The position numbers were made by a program, and so were the translations under genes. The notes under the pieces are model-generated. The model made no database searches. It was not told where the DNA came from and worked only from the letters and a program-made list of their open reading frames with translations. DNA of 64,000 nt, from NCBI GenBank assembly GCA_028534125.1, contig CM052832.1, positions 18,292,001-18,356,000 of the forward strand. Reading direction: 5' to 3'. Every line of letters begins with the position of its first letter. Position 1 is the first letter of the stretch. Source of the stretch: Lama glama (taxonomy: Eukaryota). Positions 54,437-64,000 of this stretch are shown here, in pieces.

Positions 54437-54865
54437 ATAGCCCTATGCAGTTTCATCCCATGTATACAGATGCATGTAACTACCACCTCAAATGTGACAC
54501 AAAACTATTCCATCATCACCAAGAACACCTTGTGTTATCCCTTTATAGTCACATTCACTCACCTATTACTTGTCCTAGGACAATGACTAATCTGTTACCC
54601 TGCCCCAGTTTTATCCTGTTGAGAATGTTACATACACGGAATAATACAGTACATGACCTTTTGAGATTGGCTTTTTTCACTAAGCATTATGCCCTTGAGA
54701 TCCATCTAGGTTGTTACATGTATCAATAGCTCCCCTTGTGATTGCTGAGTAGGATTCCATTGCATTGATGTAGGAAACTATATTTAACCAACGGTTGAAA
54801 GATATTAAGTAATTTCTAACTTATAAGTAAAACTGTTATGACTTTTCATGTACAAGGTTTTTGTT
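54215..54865 (-). mobile_element. old LINE-1 3' UTR fragment (L1MC-like) containing a (GT)n microsatellite at 54397-54434
   Basis: CCAGTTTCCCCTAAT, AACTGACATTGG, TTTTGAGATTGGCTTTTTTCACTAAGCAT, TTGCTGAGTAGGATTCCATTG. Confidence 0.75.
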
Positions 54866-56264
54866 TTGTTTCTCCCCAACCCTCCACACCCACTATTGGT
54901 TTGCTTTTTGTATTTCCTGCATTCCACCTGAAAATTATATTTTTTGAGATGGCAGGAGTGCTGATATGGATGGGACATCTAATAACCCTTTCAGGAGTCA
55001 CATGGAAGTCATATTGCATTCCTATTATCACCTGCAAATTAGCTTTAAGGTTCAAAAACATTGCACTGAGCTATTTGAATTGTTTGCAAAAGCTGACTTC
55101 TGGTTTCTGTAGCTGAGGATTTGCTCCAGTAAGAGTCTGAAATATTTGTTGAATAATCTGTCCACGTCTAAGTTCTACAGTTCCTGCCATGGGAATTGGG
55201 TTTTTACTTTTATACAGGGCATCCACTTAGTTCTTCCAAAGCTATGAGAAAACCCTAGGCTAATGCTGGGAGTTCCCATTGCTAATCTCTGTAAAGCCTG
55301 ACTGAATCCACAAATCCTGCTCTGCTCTAAGGTTTGTTTTAAGATTCTGCATTTATGGGAGGAAAGTTAGGAGCTGTTATCTAGTTGGTTCTTTCGGGAT
55401 TAATAATACATTATTGCAAAGTTTGAGTTTTGCCTAGTGACTTCGTTTCTCATGCAGAGTGTAGACACATTCTGCAGTTTTCAGTTATTTGCTGCAACAA
55501 GCTCTAAACTCCTGAACATACTTACTACTCCAGGCCCCCATTTGGTGCACTGGCATCACTGTAGGATTGTGGGCACTGCGGCCCACTCTGCTGGTGGTGC
55601 TGCTATAAGCTGAATTCTGGAAATCCCGTGGAACCCATGTTTTGGGTACCACATCTCTATTTTCAGAATAGGAAGGTTGACTACCTTTATCACAGGATGT
55701 ACTGTTCAGTAAAAACAAAAAACAAAACAACAAAAAACGGATTACCACCAACCTGCTCCCATGTAGTGCTCAGCATGGGTCCTTGAACATCAGCGTGTGT
55801 GCACGCCCCATAAAGCATTGTATTCCACTAGGATGCTTTCCGGGTTGCTCCAGGATCCATCCCTATTATCATTGTCATTTCTGGAACTCCTGTGTTGGGG
55901 GTGGGGATGTAGATTTGATTTTGCCTAGTCTAATTCAATTGACACAAGACTAACAGGGAAAAAAGCCAATTTGATTTGTATGCACGGAAGTCTCAGAAAT
56001 GAGACCCCAAAAGTAACCAAAGCAGGCTTTTTTATGATCATTCTTAGACTAAACATGTATTTCTAATATATGTATGTACGTGTGTGTGTATATATGTGCA
56101 TATATATATATATATATTTTTTTTTTGGTCAGGGGCTCTTACATGGAGGAATGAAGGTGGAAGAATGATCATTCTTACCTGCTGTTGGTACATGGACCCT
56201 TTGGAAAAGAGGGAGTCCTGCCCTGCTCCACCACTGTCTTGAGGGAATTCAATTTCCTTGCAGT

Positions 56265-56307
56265 ACAGCTCCTCAAGATGAAACTATAGGTGGCTCTGAA
56301 AAGAGCC
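56265..56307 (-). terminator. H3 3' stem-loop + HDE
   Basis: Reverse complement GGCTCTTTTCAGAGCC (56292-56307), ACCTA, then GAGGAGCTG. Confidence 0.92.
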
Positions 56308-56338
56308 TTTTGATTGAACGCTGACACTCGGTAACAAT

Positions 56339-56686
<348 letters not shown>

Positions 56687-57868
56687 TCCTTCTCTGCAAA
56701 ATAAGTGAACTACACCAAACACCTTGCTCCTGTATTTATACAAGAACAGAATCACTCTGATTGGATTGTGGGCAATTTCTGTTAGTCATGGGCTGCAAAA
56801 TTCCGGAAGTCTTCCGAGCGATTTAGGATTGGTTTATCCCTTCGGCACAGGGTTGGGATTGGTTACTTTCAAGTAGCAGACATCCCAACCCCTTAAAAAA
56901 AAAAATTTCGAGTTGTTTTATTGATAATGGTTCACACACGCAAGCATAGCCCACAAACACATTAATTATTTAACATCCTTGAACTTTCCCTGTTTGGATA
57001 TACAAAGTATTGTTTGTCAGAGAAATCTCTTTACACTTTAAACATCGGCTATTTTCTGCTTAGTTAACGCGTTTTCATCAGGATTTTAGTCTTTGTGTTC
57101 ATCCCCTATTTAAAAATCCATTGTGTAAGCATCTCATGAATCCTATTTCACTACATTAATTATCCAGTTCACTGTAAGTGTCTTTTAGCATATACTGTTA
57201 AAATGTAAAGAATTGTGCATTTCATTCAGAATACATGCAACAAGATTCCAATATCCTGGTATCCCTGGCTCTTTAATGTCAGGTTTAACTCAAACTGGTA
57301 ATTTGGTTGTTTTTTGGTTTTGATGCATTTAAAATTACAGCCTGGCAAGAGCCATAATCGAAAGCTTTGAAATGAAGAACCTTGAAAAAGATGGCGGCGA
57401 TCGAGAGTGTTTCTTTATAAGCAAGCCAGCACCTCTCTCCATCTTGCCGCGACCCAAGGTGTCTTAAACAAAGCAGAACAAAGCGGACAGAAATACTCTA
57501 AGGACTGGACTCTGGTTGATAACTGGATTTCGTTCCTTGGTTTTCCTATCCAAACGCGAAAATTTCCATTTACTTAAAGAAATATTTTTTTACCAACTTT
57601 GGGGGGACGGGGGTGGTGGTGAATGAACTTATAGTAACGTGACAGTGTTGCAAATAAACCTGTTAAAATTCCCGTTTTTTTATCCAATAAGAAAAGCAGA
57701 GTTAGAAACCTAATATACATATTTGTAACCTACTGGTCAGTTTTGGCCCAATCAAAGTTTAGCATTGTGAATCTTCATAGAGCTATACCTGCTATAAATA
57801 TTCGAGATTTTTACCTTTGTTTTCTTTCATTTAGTTTCCCAGTTTTTCTGGGTTTCTCATTGTTTACT

Positions 57869-57915
57869 ATGCCAGAGACTGGTTAAGTCTGCCCCTACCC
57901 CTCAAAGGGCTTCGC
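57869..57915 (+). pseudogene. degenerate H2B 5' stub with relic promoter
   Basis: ATGCCAGAGACTGGTTAAGTCTGCCCCTACCCCTCAAAGGGC resembles MPEPAKSAPAPKKG with indels; TATAAATA 57793-57800, decayed octamer ATCTTCAT 57771-57778, CCAAT at 57684 and 57748. Confidence 0.7.
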
Positions 57916-58559
57916 AAATATTAACTCATGAGAAATTGTCCTTTTTTTATTTTACAAAAGACACAAAGGCTCAGAATGTCAGTTACAGAGTATATATTGG
58001 AGCAGGTCTGGAGTATTTAGTGGAACCCCAGAATTTAATCTAAACTATTAATAGGCTAGACTGGTTCAAAGATGAGTTTTCAAATTTACATTAAAAAGAA
58101 GAAAAATTTCACTTTGCCTTGAGGTTATTAGTGATATAATAAATTCTACATCATGCTGAAGCAGGGTCTGAAGCCTTAATTTTGACTCATTTTTCTTTTA
58201 TATTTCTTTTCTGTATTCGCTGCCTTCATTTGGTGTGCCTCAGAAAAAAGAAAACAAAACAGGAATACAAGAAGATGTAGAAGTGTAGGGAGTATAGATA
58301 TGGATGGAAATGTAGTTTTCCTGTGTCAATATTTTGATACTTTAATACAATATTTTGTACTGCTGAAAGCAAAATGACTTCGATAAATTGCTTTTAGGAC
58401 TTGTCATGGCTTATAGACTTCCCATTTGGGAGGCCAGCAAGGCATTATCAGTATATGTGCAAGTTCAGAATTGGGTGTATAATTGGAAGTTCACATAGCT
58501 CTGAAACTTACCTGTTATTTTAGATGACATGGATTGATTAAGATGCCAAATGTGTTGGC

Positions 58560-59050
58560 AGTCTCACTTCAGGCAACACACATATTATCTCACAGATTCT
58601 GTGTATCTGGGCATAGTTTATCTGGGTCCTTTGTAAGGATGCTATTGACGTGTTATCCAGGACTGAAGCCTCTTCAATGGAGAAATATCTGATCCAAACA
58701 CATTCTTTGTGGTTGTAGGACTTAGTGTCTTATTTTCTTGTTGGCTGTCCACTGGAAGCCCTTATAGGCTGTTAGGTGGCCTCCCTCAATTCCTAAAGAG
58801 CCCTCTGAGTTTCTTGTCATCTGTGCCTGCCAACAGGGATACTTGGTCCATCAAAATCATCATGCAAGATTCAAAGAAGACAGATTTCACAGTTCTAGAT
58901 AACTCAGTCATACACATAAAATTATTACATCCTGTCAAATATGGTTACCTGGTTTTATGGTTAGAAGCAAGTCATAGGTCACATCCACACTCGGGCTGGA
59001 TCACACAAGGGTGAACCTCAAGAGGAGGCCACTTTAAGAGACAATCACAG
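58560..59050 (-). mobile_element. MaLR LTR relic (MLT1-like)
   Basis: TATTATCTCACAGATTCTGTG...GGTTAGAAGCAAGTCATAGGTC...CACACAAGGGTGAAC. Confidence 0.6.
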
Positions 59051-59092
59051 AACTCAGCAGGATCAAAAGTTAACTCAGGATTGCTTCTTCCT

Positions 59093-59163
59093 CCCCCTGC
59101 CCCCACCCCACCCCACCCCCACCCCACCCCACCCTACCCCACCCTACTCCGCCCCCGCCCCCG
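59093..59163. repeat. (CCCCA)n C-rich tract
   Basis: Directly visible pentamer repeat. Confidence 0.9.
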
Positions 59164-60047
59164 CAGTACTGGGATTATCCCAAATGGCCTGAGGGCAGTA
59201 ATCCCTGATAAAAGATAAGGAAAGGGCCCTCAATACCTTGAAGGCCTTTTAAATAGGCCACTTCCAGTAACTTTTTCTTAAAGTTAAGACAGAGTTGGTT
59301 ACTATGGTTTTGGGGAGTTTCTCCTTTTTTTCTTTGCAAATGCTGACAAATGATAAAACCTTTGGGGTGGCTGATTTCCAGCACAGGTGTCTATGTTCCT
59401 TGGGTTCTGGTATAACTGAGAAAAGAAGCCAGAGTGCTTGTGAGATGAAATTGCAGTTGTTGCTTTATTAGAAACTATCAGGAATGGATGTGACAACAGA
59501 AAAATCCCAGTTACTTTTTTTGTGGATGAGAAAATATTGGACAATTGATTTAGATAATTAAAATACAAGTGCTTTACTGGAGAGAATACCTGTTCCAAGT
59601 GCCACCAAGGCTTACATGTATCTCCCCTATCTACTGTTCAGTTTGTTTTCATTGTACCTTTTCCTTTGAGTTTCCCTAGCAGCAGAATATTTGAGAAATT
59701 TTTGAGACTTGAGCAGGCTAACAAAGCACTACCTACGTTTCCCATACACATTCAAGCTTCATTTATAGATGAACAATAACTCCCGGATTTAAATCTGTAC
59801 CGAGTTTTAAAAGGAAAGTTCATCAGATTGCTTCAATTTTACGAAGCAAAGGAATCCTAGGAACCGAAAGTAGATCCTACTGGGATAATGCAGTCAGAAA
59901 CTAGAAACTTGTTAGAAAAACCACTGAGGAGCAGGAAGCCTGTAACACTGGAATAAACTTGAACACTCAGACTGCCCAGAAAACCCGATGTTAACTCCAG
60001 TTCCAGAAAAAAAAAAAAAAGGTTGAAAACATCAACCTAGTGCCACA

Positions 60048-60088
60048 AGTTCTCTCAAATGAATGGATAGGTGGCCCTAAAAAGGGCC
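60048..60088 (-). terminator. H4 3' stem-loop + HDE
   Basis: Reverse complement GGCCCTTTTTAGGGCC (60073-60088), ACCTA, then GAGAGAACTT. Confidence 0.9.
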
Positions 60089-60127
60089 TTGACTATTTCT
60101 ACAAACACAGGGTCTGTGAGATCAGAC

Positions 60128-60541
<414 letters not shown>

Positions 60542-61082
60542 CTATTTGAAAACTATCAATGAGGCTAGTTGGGAAGGCGGGAGGGGCTTGATGGCAGCCG
60601 AATTTATCTCCGCCCATAAATGCCGGGGAGCCTGTGGGGGCGGAGTTCTGAGAAGAAAAAGACTGCTTAGCCTGCTCATTCCCTGAATTCACTATTCAGT
60701 ACAAAATCCCCTGTTGAAGAACATTGAAACATTTCTTTGTTTATCAAGGAACTGAAATAATTATCCCTATCAAGCCAACATCTGTTTTTCAAGTTTGAGT
60801 TTTTAGGATATTTACACGTCATTGGCAAGTCATTGACCGAAATTGTACATTGCCTCGTATTTTAAACGCATTATCTGGTATATAGCAACCTCTGGCTTTT
60901 CTCCTCCCCGAAACGCTTTAAATGAAGGTGAAAAAGTTAGTGATCTCTATGAGTGTAAAATTTTTATTAAGAAGACAGTGCTAAATTTAGTTGATTACAT
61001 TTAAATTTATATAACCTCTCTGATTTTTCCAGCAGTCACCCATCACCATCTCCACACCCCAAACACAATTCCCCCTAAGATT

Positions 61083-61565
61083 GCATTGTCTGATGAAGGA
61101 GTCAGTAATACATTTTGAGCATTTGGAATGTGGCTGATGCTGCTGAGGAACTGAATTTTAAATTTTATTTAATTTTAATTAATTTAAATTTAAAACCTGA
61201 TCCTTCATTCAGTTATTGGGAGATTTTAGGTATGTTTGAACAATCCGAGGATGTGAACTTAATTTTCAGCAGTAAATTGTATGGGATTTAAATGCCAATC
61301 AAGTCATCTCCAATAAAAATTAGTATCATATTGAATAAAATATACACTCAATTTGGAAGATTTAGATTGATAAAAGAATGTAAAATATTGTGTTAATAAT
61401 GTACTTATATTGATTACATGTTGAAATGAAATTATCTTGGATGTTTTGGGTTAAATGCAATATATTATTTAAGCAATGGCATGATTTTACTTTTTAAATG
61501 GTGACTGCTGAAAAATTTTTCATTAAATACGTAGCTTGCATTATTTTCTTTGGACAGCACTGCTC
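61083..61565. mobile_element. hAT-Charlie element (Charlie1/MER33-like)
   Basis: GAGCATTTGGAATGTGGCT...GAGGAACTGAATTTTAAATTTTATTTAAT...TGATTACATGTTGAAATGA...TTGGACAGCACTGCTCTAGA. Confidence 0.75.
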
Positions 61566-61708
61566 TAGATCCTTCCTTTCTTGATCTCTGTCTAATCTTG
61601 CTATCATGGACTTTGGAATACTGGGGACATTCAATGTATTTCTAAGAAACCCAATTACAGAGACTGGTCCCAACTAGAGTATAAAGCATTGTAAAAACAA
61701 ACAAACAA

Positions 61709-61752
61709 ATACATACATACATACATACATACATACATACATACATACATAC
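61709..61752. repeat. (TACA)n tetranucleotide microsatellite
   Basis: Directly visible. Confidence 0.95.
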
Positions 61753-61955
61753 AAACCAAGTTAGGGTACTAACAGAGGCTTGTCAAATAAACCATTAGTT
61801 ATCAGAGCAAGAAAAGATGAATACTAGAAAAGTTGTTGACCTTAGAATTCTTAAAAGGCAGAATATCAGGAGACTACCTGAAAAATCTCTAATTTTTTTT
61901 CCCAAAAGTGTGTTTCTTGAGAAACAACATTTAAAACTGATTATTAAAGCAGTGA

Positions 61956-62280
61956 AGAACATATATACAAAAAAGAAATAGACTCATATAATACAAACTT
62001 GTGGTTGCCGAGGGGGCGGGGGCTGGGAAGGGAGAGAATGGGATTTCAAAATTTGTAGATACTGACAGGCATATGTACAATAGATAAAGAAGATTATACT
62101 ATACAGCTTAGGGAATGTATACAAGATCTTGTGGTAGCTCACAGCGAAAAAAAAAGTGAGTGAATACATGTGTGTTCATGTATAACTGAAAAATTGTGCT
62201 TTACATTGGAACTTGACAAAACATTGTAAAATGACTATAACGCAATAAAAAAAAGTTTAAAATAAATAAATAAACAAATA
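61956..62280 (+). mobile_element. LINE-1 3' UTR insertion, probably lineage-specific
   Basis: AAACTTGTGGTTGCCGAGGGG...GATCTTGTGGTAGCTCACAG...AATAAA plus A tail; flanked by TAAAGCAGTGA and TAAAGCATTGA. Confidence 0.82.
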
Positions 62281-62566
62281 AAGCATTGAGTGTCCATGAG
62301 GGCTTAAGCTTCGGTAAGGTATAATATGCATTCAGTGGTTTTACAAAAAAAGAAGTCATTTAATCGAAGTAAAAAGCGTTTTCTGCAATAGAAGGAAGGT
62401 CAGTAAATAATTTACTATTCCTGTAAAGTAGGTCAAGATGGAGAGACAATGAGTTTAAAAACATCAGGTCAATTACTTTGAAGTCTAGAAAGAGTAAAAA
62501 AAACGTTAAAGTGTCTATTATTTGTTTCAGAAATAAAATAAGAATATCAAGGAGTTACAACATGAA

Positions 62567-63066
62567 NNNNNNNNNNNNNNNNNNNNNNNNNNNNNNNNNN
62601 NNNNNNNNNNNNNNNNNNNNNNNNNNNNNNNNNNNNNNNNNNNNNNNNNNNNNNNNNNNNNNNNNNNNNNNNNNNNNNNNNNNNNNNNNNNNNNNNNNNN
62701 NNNNNNNNNNNNNNNNNNNNNNNNNNNNNNNNNNNNNNNNNNNNNNNNNNNNNNNNNNNNNNNNNNNNNNNNNNNNNNNNNNNNNNNNNNNNNNNNNNNN
62801 NNNNNNNNNNNNNNNNNNNNNNNNNNNNNNNNNNNNNNNNNNNNNNNNNNNNNNNNNNNNNNNNNNNNNNNNNNNNNNNNNNNNNNNNNNNNNNNNNNNN
62901 NNNNNNNNNNNNNNNNNNNNNNNNNNNNNNNNNNNNNNNNNNNNNNNNNNNNNNNNNNNNNNNNNNNNNNNNNNNNNNNNNNNNNNNNNNNNNNNNNNNN
63001 NNNNNNNNNNNNNNNNNNNNNNNNNNNNNNNNNNNNNNNNNNNNNNNNNNNNNNNNNNNNNNNNNN
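62567..63066. other. assembly gap (500 N)
   Basis: N run. Confidence 1.
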
Positions 63067-64000
63067 TAAACATACATCTAAGGTTAATGGTCTTAATTTA
63101 CAAGGAAGACCTGCAAACTGCTAGGAAAAAAAATTAGAAAAAATACTTATCAGAATATTTTCTATGTTTCATTAAATTCCAATAGACAATACATATAAGA
63201 AAAAACAAAGCAAAAAATATACAACTATTCACCTTCCTACAAGTTAGATTATGCATATTACAGCAACAGTGGAATAGGACTTCTCACTATGGATAGATAA
63301 CCACTAAACCGTATTACTTAGGATGCTAAGGATGAGGAAGGATTGCCACAGCTATATAATCTTTTGAGAAAATTTCCTGGCAACATATATTAAAATTGAT
63401 CCATAGACACTTGACCTTTTGCAAAACAAAATAGTATTAGATTAATTAAGTAAATCAAGAAGAAAAACATAGAAACTAGAGAAGAGAGGGTATCGACTGT
63501 CTAGAAATAAAAACCCCACTATGTGAGGTTATATGAGGAGAGATTGTTAACCTGTATAAGCAGTTGTGTGTAAAGTGTTAAAATCAGTGTGTATTAAGTT
63601 TGTAACTTAAAGTATAAAAAGTACCCTCCCTCTGTACACTTCTCACTCCAAGTAACTTTCTATCAATCATCCTGCTAGGATTCTTGAAAATACAGCCTAA
63701 GATTTTTATCAGATCCCTTGTTTGCCTGTCCCCATTGTACTCTGCTCCATGAAGTGTGGGATCTGCTCTGTCTACTCCATGTGACATCTCAGCATCTATG
63801 AGAGGGCCTGGCACTCAACTTTCTGGGGACTGAACCAGGGACTGTATCTTGTAGCCCAGAAAGCCCTCTCAGAGCCCAGGAAGCACATAGTTATCTGAAT
63901 TTCTGTATAAAAATGTTTGCTCACTAACCATTGTTAGTACATTGACTACTGCCCTACACAGCTCCCCAAATGGCAGTGAAATTTGAAGTACTGTGTACTC

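Overview
Mammalian genomic DNA, most likely camelid (Vic-type tRNA-derived SINEs; the H1.3 C-terminus resembles the bovine one as I recall it). The window spans the junction of a tRNA gene cluster (1-26.7 kb) and a replication-dependent histone cluster (27-61 kb). The tRNA order and H1-3 match my recollection of the human 6p22.2 HIST1 region read in reverse. There are 13 intact-looking tRNA genes (Trp x2, iMet x3, Arg x2, Ser x3, Gly, Gln x2) and several decayed tRNA relics. Histone genes: three intact H4, one intact H2A, intact H1-3, and three H3 genes each broken by an assembly gap. Dead loci: three H2B, one H2A pseudogene, one H1 relic and an HPF1 retrocopy. The rest is L1/L2/LTR/DNA-transposon/SINE debris. 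I found no convincing new multi-gene system. Best leads: (1) an H3 copy with T3I and R8Q plus an in-frame upstream Kozak ATG; (2) the 15-kb block between two H3 gaps appears inverted or mis-oriented (exact 45-nt overlap); (3) an H2B N-terminus fused to LTR sequence under an intact H2B promoter; (4) no functional H2B in the window; (5) an HPF1 retrocopy ORF keeping the catalytic motif. Repeat family names and human orthology come from memory and need checking.
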